A DNA stretch of 64,000 nt from Bulleidia sp. (lineage in GTDB: Bacteria; Bacteroidota; Bacteroidia; Bacteroidales; Bacteroidaceae): assembly GCA_963659135.1 (NCBI GenBank), contig CAVKSZ010000005.1, positions 1,565-65,564 of the forward strand. Direction: 5' to 3'. How positions within the stretch are numbered: position 1 is the first letter of the stretch; the number at the start of each line of letters is the position of its first letter. The position numbers were made by a program, and so were the translations under genes. Under the pieces are notes generated by a model. That model was not told the DNA's origin, made no database searches, and saw only the letters and a program-made list of their open reading frames with translations. Below, piece by piece: positions 49,524 through 58,645 of the stretch.

Positions 49524-52500
49524 TTATTCAGGGTCGGCCTCTACACGGCGGTCACGTATCTTGCGTCCCAAAGTAAGGTAAGCAATAGGTGATGCAATGA
49601 AGATAGACGATAGAGTTCCGAATACTACACCCAGAGTCATGGCAAAGGCGAATGGCTGGATGCTCTTTCCACCCAGGAAGAGGATACACAGCAACACAAT
49701 CAATGTAGAGAGTGATGTGTTGATAGTACGAGCCAAGGTCTGGTTGATAGAGTTGTTGAACAGTATCTGATAATCCTGCTTAGGATGCAGGCGCAGGTTC
49801 TCACGGATACGGTCGAATACTACCACCTTATCGTTAATAGAGTAACCAATAACGGTAAGCACGGCACCGATGAATGTCTGGTCGACCTCGAGAGAGAAGG
49901 GCAGCAAGCCTTTCAGTACCGAGAAGATACCTATAACGGTGAGAGCGTCGAAAGCCAGCGCAACGGTAGAACCTACAGAGAAGGCCAAGTTGCGGAAGCG
50001 CAGCAGAATGTAAAGGAAGATAGCAATAAGAGCGATACCTACGCTGATGAATGCGCCGTAGGTTACATCCTTAGCTACCGAAGGACCTACCTTAGAAGAA
50101 CTGATGATAGAGCCACCCTGGCGGATGTCTGGGTTCTTGAATGCCTTAACAGACTCCTGACTTACCAGGCCATTCTTCTTCAGTGTATTGTAAAGCAGAG
50201 TCTCTGCCTCATCGTCTACTGTTGGGCTATTAGACTCTATCTTATAGTTGGTAGAAATACGTATAGTCTTGTTATCGGTACCCAGTGAGAGGGCGCTGTT
50301 GGTGCAGTTGGGGAAAGCTTGATTCAAGATTTCGCGTACCTGCTCGGGCTCGATAGACTTCTCGAACTGTACTACGTAGTTGCGACCACCAGTAAAGTCG
50401 ATGCTCTTGTCAAGACCTCGTATACCCAAACTGCAAGCAAAGATAACTATAGCAATTGTGGCAACAGTGAAGGAGCCCTTGTACATAGACATAAACTTGA
50501 TGTTGGTTCCCTGCATTAGGTTCTTCGAAATAGATGTCCAGAACTTAAGGTTCATCCATTTGTCGTGGTTAAGCTGGCGCTCGTAAACCAAACGTGTGAG
50601 GAACACAGCTGTGAAGAACGAACAGAAAATACCGATGATCCATGTGGTAGCAAAGCCCTGGATAGGACCAGTACCGAAAGCCAACAGGATAACACCAGTT
50701 ATCAATGAAGTCAAGTTAGAGTCGAAAATAGCGCTGAAGGCGTTGCTGTAACCGGCCTTGATAGCCTCTTTCATCATCTTGCCTGCACGCAACTCTTCTT
50801 TGATACGCTCGTAGATAAGCACGTTGGCATCTACCGCAGTACCCAACGATAGTACCATACCGGCAATACCGCTCATGGTAAGTGCAGCCTGGAACGAGGT
50901 AAGAATACCCAGTGTAAAGAATACGTTGACAACCAACGCGCAGTTAGCTATCATACCGGGAATGAAGTTATACATCATTACCATGTAGATAATAAGCAGT
51001 ACAAAGGCGATAATGAATGAGATTATACCCTGCTGGATAGACTGAGCACCAAGTGTAGGACCTACAACCTCTTCTTGTACTATGCGTGCAGGTGCAGGCA
51101 TACGACCAGACTTCAGTGTGTTTGCCAAGTCTTTAGTCATTTCTACGGTGAAGTTACCCGAGATTGATGACTGGCCACCGTCTATTTCTGAACTTACACG
51201 TGGTGCAGAGTATACAGCGTTGTCCAATACAATGGCGATAGCCTTGCCTACGTTAGCCTTGGTAAGAGCAGCCCAACGGCGTGCGCCTTCGGGATTCATC
51301 TTCATGCTTACCTCTGGTGCGCCAGATACGTGGTTGAACTCGTCGCTAGCATCGGTAACTACATCACCTTCCAATGGAGCGCGGCCACTGGTAGATGTTA
51401 CTTTGATGGCATGCAACTCGAATACGTTCTTTACCTGCTCGCCGTACATATCGGTAGGAGTGGCACTCCAAAGCAGTTTTACGTCAGAAGGAAGTATCTG
51501 CTTAGCGGCAGCAGAGTAGATAATCTTGTCGATGGCAGCTGTATCGCGTACACTGGCAAAACCTACCAAACTCAACTGACCGTTGCCGGTAGTCTGAAGC
51601 ATGGCGGTAAGTGGGTGTTGCTTCTTGAGAGCCTTAATCTGAGCCTCGTCGTTCAGCTTGGCAGGCTTCTTAGAGTCTGCATCCTTAAGTTGGAACTTAG
51701 GTTTGGCTGCACTGGTTGTATTGGCGGCAACTGCACTGTCGGCAGCTTCTTTTTCGGCCTTTACACTGGTAGTGTCGGTGCTGTTGTTAGCCATGTGCTG
51801 ATCTAGCTGGATGAGGTAGGGAACAATCTCGTCAGAGTTGTAAGTCTCCCAGAACTCAAGGTTGGCGCTACCCTGCAGTAGTTTACGCATACGCTCGGGC
51901 TCTTTTACACCAGGCATTTCTACCATGATGCGGCCAGCCTGACCTTCCAGCTTCTGGATGTTAGGCTGTACTACGCCGAACTTATCGATACGATTGCGAA
52001 CTACGTTGAACGAGTTGTCGATAGCCAACTGTACTTCGCTGCGCAGTACTTTCTCAACTTCAGAGTCGCTGCTCTGTGGACTTACTTTGCCTTGCAACTG
52101 CTGTGTGGCAAAGATTTCGGCCAAACGGTGACCAGGTGCGTTCTTGTGGTAGGCGTTAATGAACAGAGAGATGAAGTCTGACTGACTGTTCTCTTCCTCT
52201 GCACGAGCTTCTTTCATAGCCTTGGTGTAGCCAGCATCGGTCTTGTGGTCGGCCAGGTTGTCTACTACGTCAGGTACAGAAATCTCGAGGATTACGTTCA
52301 TACCTCCCTTAAGGTCAAGACCAAGTCCGATTTGTGTTTCGAGGCACTTCTGGTATGAGTAGATGCCAAGATACTTTACCGAATCCTTGTAATCTTGCTG
52401 GGCAATTGGGTCGTTCAGTTTTGCTGCCTGTGTGTCATAGTAGCGCGTAGCCCCTGAGAACGACAGGTAGAAAATGCTGACAAGCGTCAGCATGACGGCC

Positions 52501-52529
52501 GTAAAAATTACGATTCCTTTGTTTTGCAT
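49524..52529 (-). CDS. secDF: Protein translocase subunit SecDF
   Basis: LGLDLKGG, NRIDKFGV, VGPTLG, AVDANVLIYERIKEE, IDFTGG and GYSINDKVVVFDRIRE motifs; start MQNKG at 52529. Confidence 0.96.
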   Translation of the reverse strand: MQNKGIVIFTAVMLTLVSIFYLSFSGATRYYDTQAAKLNDPIAQQDYKDSVKYLGIYSYQKCLETQIGLGLDLKGGMNVILEISVPDVVDNLADHKTDAGYTKAMKEARAEEENSQSDFISLFINAYHKNAPGHRLAEIFATQQLQGKVSPQSSDSEVEKVLRSEVQLAIDNSFNVVRNRIDKFGVVQPNIQKLEGQAGRIMVEMPGVKEPERMRKLLQGSANLEFWETYNSDEIVPYLIQLDQHMANNSTDTTSVKAEKEAADSAVAANTTSAAKPKFQLKDADSKKPAKLNDEAQIKALKKQHPLTAMLQTTGNGQLSLVGFASVRDTAAIDKIIYSAAAKQILPSDVKLLWSATPTDMYGEQVKNVFELHAIKVTSTSGRAPLEGDVVTDASDEFNHVSGAPEVSMKMNPEGARRWAALTKANVGKAIAIVLDNAVYSAPRVSSEIDGGQSSISGNFTVEMTKDLANTLKSGRMPAPARIVQEEVVGPTLGAQSIQQGIISFIIAFVLLIIYMVMMYNFIPGMIANCALVVNVFFTLGILTSFQAALTMSGIAGMVLSLGTAVDANVLIYERIKEELRAGKMMKEAIKAGYSNAFSAIFDSNLTSLITGVILLAFGTGPIQGFATTWIIGIFCSFFTAVFLTRLVYERQLNHDKWMNLKFWTSISKNLMQGTNIKFMSMYKGSFTVATIAIVIFACSLGIRGLDKSIDFTGGRNYVVQFEKSIEPEQVREILNQAFPNCTNSALSLGTDNKTIRISTNYKIESNSPTVDDEAETLLYNTLKKNGLVSQESVKAFKNPDIRQGGSIISSSKVGPSVAKDVTYGAFISVGIALIAIFLYILLRFRNLAFSVGSTVALAFDALTVIGIFSVLKGLLPFSLEVDQTFIGAVLTVIGYSINDKVVVFDRIRENLRLHPKQDYQILFNNSINQTLARTINTSLSTLIVLLCILFLGGKSIQPFAFAMTLGVVFGTLSSIFIASPIAYLTLGRKIRDRRVEADPE

Positions 52530-52749
52530 TGTTTTATTGTTTTTTAAATTGTAATCGTTGCTTTTAAGCCTTGCCGTTGCTTCGTTTAGGGCCCTACTTA
52601 TCAGGGCTGTGCGCGACACTGCCTATCTTCTTGCAAAGATAGATATTTTTTTTACATTATTAAAGAGAATAAACGACTTTTTATATAAAAGGTGGAATAT
52701 TGATGTTAGTTAGGGTAATTTTATTGTAAAACGTTGGTTGATTTTAGGT

Positions 52750-53877
52750 TTATTCTTTTGTTTTCTCGTTTGGCTGCGTAGGCGCAGGTTGGGTGTATGG
52801 CACTTCTTGTTTTAACCATCCTATGATGGGGTAGTGGTCACTGGCGCTTATGCTGTTATCTACCTTGCAGGCGTAGGGTTGCCAATGTTTAGAGCAGAAT
52901 ATGTTGTCAATTCTTACAAAGAATCCGGATAGGTGGTAGCTTATGCCGGGGCCGTTGCCAGTGGCTGTATAGCAGTCGGCAAGTTCTTTCCCGATGGTGT
53001 GATGGGCGTAGGAAAGCGGACTGTCGTTGAAGTCGCCCACGCAAATGATGCTTTGATAGGCATGCTTGCGTATGTATTGTGCTACGGCGCGTGCTTGTGG
53101 AGCTCTGGTTTTGGCCGACTCGCCCAGCTGGTCTATCAGTCGGTGCGACTCGTTGGTTACGCTACCTTCTGAAAGGTTTCCTTTTATTATTTCTTTGAAA
53201 TTCTGCCGGTCTTCTGGTGAGAGTCCGGTAGTCTCAAGATGGTTGTTGATTACTAGAATGCCCTTGCCGTTGATGTCAAGTTCGAATGCGCCCGATATAT
53301 TGCCGGCCGACTCGAAATCAATAACTTCCTTGTTTTTTATGGGATAGCGGCTTATAATGGTAAGTTGCCCTTTGTTGGGTACTTGTAGCGAGTCGTGATA
53401 CTGGTATCGGGTGTAGATGATAGAGTCTATCTGCGCTTGTATGCCGCTTCCGGCGTTAGACTCTTGCAGGCATATTATGTCGGCATCGCTATTGGCTATG
53501 TATCTAACTATGGGGTTGGTTTCGTCGGCGTTTTTCTCAGTGCCGTAGCCCCAAACGTTGTACGACATTACTTTGATAGTTCCTTCGGGCAGCGCGTGGG
53601 GTATGTTGATGGGGAAATATGTGCGTATGGGAGAATAGCAAATTAGCATCCCTACAAATGGCAGTATGGCATAAAGGGGCTTGAAGAATAGCCAAAATAC
53701 AAGGAATGCAAAGTTAAGGCCGAGAAATATGGGAAATGTAAGCCCCGCATTGGCTATCCATGGCGATACGGCGGGATTTATATACCCCGAGTATCCGGTA
53801 GCCAGCATGGCAACGATGGTTGCCGCATTGGCTCCGGCAAGCATCTGCAGGAATATCTTAGTTATCTTCTTGGCCAT
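52750..53877 (-). CDS. Endonuclease/exonuclease/phosphatase family protein, membrane-anchored
   Basis: SYNV, DIICLQE, NNHLE, GDFND, RIDNIF and SDHYP motifs. Confidence 0.9.
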   Translation of the reverse strand: MAKKITKIFLQMLAGANAATIVAMLATGYSGYINPAVSPWIANAGLTFPIFLGLNFAFLVFWLFFKPLYAILPFVGMLICYSPIRTYFPINIPHALPEGTIKVMSYNVWGYGTEKNADETNPIVRYIANSDADIICLQESNAGSGIQAQIDSIIYTRYQYHDSLQVPNKGQLTIISRYPIKNKEVIDFESAGNISGAFELDINGKGILVINNHLETTGLSPEDRQNFKEIIKGNLSEGSVTNESHRLIDQLGESAKTRAPQARAVAQYIRKHAYQSIICVGDFNDSPLSYAHHTIGKELADCYTATGNGPGISYHLSGFFVRIDNIFCSKHWQPYACKVDNSISASDHYPIIGWLKQEVPYTQPAPTQPNEKTKE

Positions 53878-53884
53878 TACCCTA

Positions 53885-54793
53885 TTAGTTGCCCATGTTG
53901 AAGAGTTGGCGCTTCTCTTCGGGGGTAAGACTGTCGTAGCCGCTTTTTCTAATCTTGTCGAGAATGCGGTCCATCTCTTCTTGCTTAGCTTTCTGACGGG
54001 CGTTATATTCCCAGTCGGTTTCTCTTGGCTGTGACTTTTGCTGATAGCGGTTGCGGTCGTTGCTCCACTTCTTTAGCATGTTGTCAAACATTTCGCGCCC
54101 GGTAAATCCGCGTGGATTAATGTACGGATGCTTGCGCCAATAGCGTATCAGTATGTATCCGAATAGCATTCCGCCAAGATGTGCCAAGTGGGCTACGCCA
54201 TCGTTGGTGGTTGAGATAGACGACACCAGCTCTATGGCCACGCAGATTACCACAAACCATTTGCTTTTGATAGGGAAGGGTATGGGGAAGATAAAGATGC
54301 GTTCGTCTGGGAATATCATACCGAAAGCCAGCATTACTGCGTATATGGCTCCCGATGCGCCTACGGTAGTAAGTAGGTTAAGATATGGACGACTGTTGTA
54401 CGCTACTACCATAGTATCTTGCAGCGTGAACCCCGGTATTTGGTCGTATGCCATCATATAGAATCGGCCTAGCTGGGCAAACTCTTGCAGTACGCCGGCG
54501 CCTATGCCGCAGAAAATGTAGAAGAATAAGAAACGCTTAGGCCCCCATCTATGTTCTACGGCACTGCCAAACATCCATAGTGCAAACATATTGAAGAGTA
54601 TATGTTCAAAGCCACCGTGCATAAACATGTAGGTAACTAGTTGGTATACGTGAAACTTGCTTGCCAGTACGAAATGAAGCCCTAATATATCGGCCAAATC
54701 TATGCCTGTTGACTTCAGAGCCAGCATTGCCAAGAAAGCAATAAGATTGATGATTAATAGGTTCTTTGTAACCAGCGGAATATTGCGTATCAT
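53885..54793 (-). CDS. Rhomboid family intramembrane serine protease with C-terminal helical domain
   Basis: TYMFMHG..HILFNM, GASG and AHLGG motifs; tail DRILDKIRKSGYDSLT. Confidence 0.92.
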   Translation of the reverse strand: MIRNIPLVTKNLLIINLIAFLAMLALKSTGIDLADILGLHFVLASKFHVYQLVTYMFMHGGFEHILFNMFALWMFGSAVEHRWGPKRFLFFYIFCGIGAGVLQEFAQLGRFYMMAYDQIPGFTLQDTMVVAYNSRPYLNLLTTVGASGAIYAVMLAFGMIFPDERIFIFPIPFPIKSKWFVVICVAIELVSSISTTNDGVAHLAHLGGMLFGYILIRYWRKHPYINPRGFTGREMFDNMLKKWSNDRNRYQQKSQPRETDWEYNARQKAKQEEMDRILDKIRKSGYDSLTPEEKRQLFNMGN

Positions 54794-54946
54794 AATCTAT
54801 AATAGTCTGTTGTATACTGTCTAACGCAGTTATTTGTAGTGTGTCTTAAAAACATCACAAAATTACGAAAAATATCCGTTATCGCTTAAAAAACAGCCTC
54901 AAAACGTGTTTTTTTAGTGAAAAACTGCAATTTTCTGCATTTTTTG

Positions 54947-54977
54947 TTTGTTGTATCAAAACTTTAACCTACATTTG
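54947..54977 (+). promoter_or_regulatory. Bacteroidetes sigma-70 promoter for hup
   Basis: TTTG-N19-TACATTTG. Confidence 0.75.
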
Positions 54978-55029
54978 TGAATTGAAAATGAAAATATCTT
55001 TATAATTTTAACCATTTAATATTCACATT

Positions 55030-55302
55030 ATGAACAAAACTGAATTGGTTGCTAAGATCGCAGAAGCTGCTGGTCTGAGCAAGGCAGATGCAAAGAAGGC
55101 TCTCGATGCTACTGTAGAGGCTGTTAAGAACGCTCTTGTAGCTGGCGAAAGTGTACAGCTCGTAGGCTTTGGTACATTCTCTGTTGCCGAGCGTCCTGCT
55201 CGCGAAGGTGTTAACCCTCTTACTGGTGCTAAGTTGTCTATCCCTGCCAAGAAGGTAGCTAAGTTTAAGGCTGGTGCTGATCTTGCCAATGCTGTAAAAT
55301 AA
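55030..55302 (+). CDS. hup: DNA-binding protein HU
   Basis: MNKTELV, VQLVGFGTF, R.G.NP.TG and FKAG motifs. Confidence 0.96.
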   Translation: MNKTELVAKIAEAAGLSKADAKKALDATVEAVKNALVAGESVQLVGFGTFSVAERPAREGVNPLTGAKLSIPAKKVAKFKAGADLANAVK

Positions 55303-55328
55303 CGATATTGTAAAATATTCTTATTATT

Positions 55329-55359
55329 GCGGCGACTCTTTCATGGGTCGCCGTTTTTT
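55329..55359 (+). terminator. Intrinsic terminator after hup
   Basis: gcggcgac...gtcgccgt followed by tttttt. Confidence 0.8.
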
Positions 55360-55395
55360 ATGGGTGGTTCAAAAAATACTTTGGCAGACTGTTAT

Positions 55396-55525
55396 AACCA
55401 CCCTTAAGCAAATATATTCTATATTGCCCACGGCCGTCAGCAATAAAGTTTACATTCGTCAGCCAATTGGGCCACGGCCGTCAACCAACTTGCTTACGAC
55501 CGTGGGCAGTATATTAAGGGTGGTT
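55396..55525. repeat. 4 x 22-bp array (copy 5 of 5, 55426-55507) bracketed by a perfect 12-bp inverted repeat
   Basis: aaccacccttaa (55396-55407) ... gcccacggccgtcagc-aataaa-gtttacattcgtcagc-caattg-ggccacggccgtcaac-caactt-gcttacgaccgtgggc ... ttaagggtggtt (55514-55525). Confidence 0.88.
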
Positions 55526-55591
55526 CTGTAAAATACCACCGTAGGTTTGAACTGGCGTTTATAGCCAATACGTTAATTAAATATTATAACA

Positions 55592-56095
55592 ATGATACAT
55601 TCTACTGATACAATCGCTAAGCCAATGCGTCTGCTTTTTGTGTGCCTGGGCAATATTTGCCGTTCTCCGGCTGCCCATGCCGTAATGGAATATATGGTGG
55701 CCAACGAGGGACTTACGGATAAAATAATGGTAGATTCTTGCGGTGTAGGTAATTGGCACGTAGGCGATTTGCCCGATAGCCGTATGCGCCGCCATGGTGC
55801 GCTGCGTGGTTATCGTGTTGACCACCGTGCCCGCCAGTTTAGTCAGTCAGACTTTGGCAAATTCGACCGCATCTTGGTGATGGATCAAGACAACTACCGG
55901 GCTATAACTTCTATGGCCCGCAATGCCAACGAGGTGAATAAAGTAGTTTCGTTGGGTAACTATCTTGCCCCCCGTTGTGGCTATTCTACCGTGCCCGACC
56001 CCTATTATGGCGGTGACAGAGATTTTGAGCTGGCTCTCGACTTGATAGAGCAAGGATGTAGGAATCTATTGGATGAAATTAAATTGGTACTTTAA
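55592..56095 (+). CDS. Low molecular weight protein-tyrosine phosphatase
   Basis: CLGNICRS P-loop and VPDPYY; start may be 55625. Confidence 0.93.
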   Translation: MIHSTDTIAKPMRLLFVCLGNICRSPAAHAVMEYMVANEGLTDKIMVDSCGVGNWHVGDLPDSRMRRHGALRGYRVDHRARQFSQSDFGKFDRILVMDQDNYRAITSMARNANEVNKVVSLGNYLAPRCGYSTVPDPYYGGDRDFELALDLIEQGCRNLLDEIKLVL

Positions 56096-56109
56096 ATTAA
56101 CATAAACCC

Positions 56110-57108
56110 ATGTATAAACATTTACTTATTGGCCTATGCCTCTTTGCTGGCATAATGCCAATCTTTGGCCAGCAGCTACGCTTTGATAACCGTGGCAACT
56201 TTAAGATAGTACAGTTTACCGACCTGCATTACCAGCCCCGTAACCCTCGTTCGGTTGCTGCGCTGCAGTGTATAGATGCTGTGGTTAAGACCGAAAGGCC
56301 CAATCTGGTAATATTTACCGGCGATAATATCTATTCGCGCCCAGCCGATTCGGCCATGAACGATATACTCGACTGCATAGAGCGTCACGGCGTACCCTAT
56401 GTAGTGCTATTTGGTAATCACGATGAGGAGCAGGGTATGAGCAACGCCCAGTTGTACGACATTGTACGTACCCGACTACATAATATTCAGCCCCCACGTG
56501 GCACTGTTGCATCGCCCGATTATGTTCTTGAAATAAAGGGTAGTACCAGTGCTTCTACAGCTGCACTGCTCTATTGCCTTGATTCGCATAGTTATCCTAA
56601 GCAGAAAGGTCTGGGAACCTACGCATGGCTCACGTTCGATCAAGTGCAGTGGTATCTTGGCCGCAACCAGGCTTACACCGCAGCCAATGGCGGAAAGCCT
56701 CTGCCGGCACTATCATTCTTTCATATTCCCGTACCCGAGTTCTCGTATGCAGCTGCATCAGAAGGCACAGTGATGATAGGTACCCGTATGGAGAAATCGT
56801 GCCCTCCGCAGATTAATACCGGTATGTTTGCCGCTATGCGAGAGGGTGGCGATGTGATGGGCATCTTCTGCGGGCACGACCATGATAACGATTATACCGC
56901 GCTCTATTACGATATTCTGTTGGGTTACGGCCGTTTCTCAGGAGGCAATACCGAGTACAACCATCTGCCGCAGGGAGCCAGAGTTATAGTATTGCACGAG
57001 GGTGAACGCCGTTTTGATACCTGGATACGTACCCCTGATGGTCAGGTGCATACCCCTACCACCTACCCCGATAGTTATGTAAAGGACGATTGGCGTAAGC
57101 GCAAGTAA
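56110..57108 (+). CDS. Secreted calcineurin-like metallophosphoesterase
   Basis: Signal peptide; FTDLH, TGDN, GNHD, FHIP and GHDHDN motifs. Confidence 0.9.
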   Translation: MYKHLLIGLCLFAGIMPIFGQQLRFDNRGNFKIVQFTDLHYQPRNPRSVAALQCIDAVVKTERPNLVIFTGDNIYSRPADSAMNDILDCIERHGVPYVVLFGNHDEEQGMSNAQLYDIVRTRLHNIQPPRGTVASPDYVLEIKGSTSASTAALLYCLDSHSYPKQKGLGTYAWLTFDQVQWYLGRNQAYTAANGGKPLPALSFFHIPVPEFSYAAASEGTVMIGTRMEKSCPPQINTGMFAAMREGGDVMGIFCGHDHDNDYTALYYDILLGYGRFSGGNTEYNHLPQGARVIVLHEGERRFDTWIRTPDGQVHTPTTYPDSYVKDDWRKRK

Positions 57109-57246
57109 TATGCGCTTACAATTTATTTTTCACCGTTACTTAATGATAGGAGATTGATGATTTTCGACATTTCGGTAAATAGTTTCGCGTCAGCATCTAC
57201 CAAAAATAATTTTATAATCACCCTAATAAATTTTTGTGATTTTTCT

Positions 57247-57277
57247 TTTGTCGGTTATCCGAAAAACGCTATCTTTG
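57247..57277 (+). promoter_or_regulatory. Bacteroidetes sigma-70 promoter for fucO
   Basis: TTTG-N19-TATCTTTG. Confidence 0.75.
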
Positions 57278-57321
57278 ACACCGTAAACATTTAAATGTAA
57301 AACCAATATACAAAAACACTT

Positions 57322-58476
57322 ATGGTAAACAGATTTATCCTTAACGAAGTATCATACTTCGGCCCTGGCGCACGCAAAGAACTGCCAGGAGTAGTGGCTC
57401 GCTTGGGTTTCACCAAGGCTCTTGTAGTAACCGATAAAGGACTTATGAAGTTCGGTGTGGCTAAGATGGTGCTCGATGTTCTAGACGAAGCCAAGATACC
57501 TTATGCCGTATACGATGAAGTAAAGCCTAATCCTACTGTTACTAACGTAAAGATGGGCGTTGAGGCTCTCAAGGCTGCCCAGGCCGACTTTATAGTAGCC
57601 ATTGGCGGTGGTAGTTCTATGGATACTGCCAAGGGTATAGGTATAGTATGCAACAATCCTGAATTTGCTGATGTAGTATCGCTCGAGGGTGTGGCAGATA
57701 CCAAGAAGAAAACAGTGCCAATCATAGCTCTGCCAACCACAGCCGGTACAGCTGCCGAAACTACTATCAACTATGTAATTATAGACGAGACCAAGCAGAA
57801 GAAGATGGTATGTGTAGACCCCAACGATATTCCCTGTGTGGCTATTGTTGATGCCGAGTTGATGTACTCGCTGCCTAAGAGTCTTACTGCTGCTACGGGT
57901 ATGGACGCTATGACCCACGCTATCGAAGGTCTTATCACCAAGGCTGCTTGGGAGTTGAGCGACATGTTCGAGATTAAGGCTATCAATATGATACACCGCT
58001 ATCTGCCCATCGCCGTAGAAGATCCTACTAATCCCGAGGGTCGCAATGGTATGGCCGTAGCTCAGTATGTGGCAGGTATGGCATTCTCTAACGTAGGTTT
58101 GGGTGTAGACCATGGTATGGCTCATCCTATGTCGGCTCTACACGATGTTCCCCACGGTGTAGCCTGTGCCATTCTGTTGCCTACAGTAATGCGCTTTAAT
58201 GCTCCCGCTGCACTTGATAAATATGTAGATATAGCCAAGGCACTTGAAGTATATACTCCGGGAATGACTAAGGAAGAGGCTGCCGATGCCGCTTGCACCG
58301 AGATAGAGAACTTGAGTCGCCGTGTAGGTATCCCGGCTCATCTGTCAGACCTTGGAATTACCGAGGCCGATATCGATGCACTGGCCGACCAGGCTATAGC
58401 CGATGTATGTACTCCGGGCAATCCTCGCGATGTTACCCGCGATGATATAGTAGCTCTTTACAAGAGCATTCTGTAG
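57322..58476 (+). CDS. fucO: Lactaldehyde reductase (iron-containing alcohol dehydrogenase)
   Basis: NRFILNEVSYFG, GGGSSMD, PTTAGTAAE, DAMTHAIEG, HGMAH and DVCTPGNPR motifs. Confidence 0.88.
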   Translation: MVNRFILNEVSYFGPGARKELPGVVARLGFTKALVVTDKGLMKFGVAKMVLDVLDEAKIPYAVYDEVKPNPTVTNVKMGVEALKAAQADFIVAIGGGSSMDTAKGIGIVCNNPEFADVVSLEGVADTKKKTVPIIALPTTAGTAAETTINYVIIDETKQKKMVCVDPNDIPCVAIVDAELMYSLPKSLTAATGMDAMTHAIEGLITKAAWELSDMFEIKAINMIHRYLPIAVEDPTNPEGRNGMAVAQYVAGMAFSNVGLGVDHGMAHPMSALHDVPHGVACAILLPTVMRFNAPAALDKYVDIAKALEVYTPGMTKEEAADAACTEIENLSRRVGIPAHLSDLGITEADIDALADQAIADVCTPGNPRDVTRDDIVALYKSIL

Positions 58477-58506
58477 TACTCTCATATATATAATATAATG
58501 TGTACG

Positions 58507-58587
58507 GTGCCATCCATAGCGGGTGGCACTTTTTGTTTTGCTCTATAAAACAACTCGGGGGAGATGCCGCGTGGCTATCTCCCCCGA
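58507..58587. terminator. Two adjacent hairpins between convergent fucO and lacI genes
   Basis: gtgccatcc...gggtggcac-ttttt (58507-58534) and tcgggggagat...atctcccccga (58555-58587). Confidence 0.7.
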
Positions 58588-58645
58588 ATGGTATCTTGTA
58601 ACTAATGATTTCTACTTAGTTTTGGGTTGTTCTGTGTAGTATGCT

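Noticed and set aside
12939..55507. 22-bp arrays as CRISPR arrays
   Set aside because: Repeats are 16 bp and degenerate, spacers are only 6 bp, and there are no cas genes
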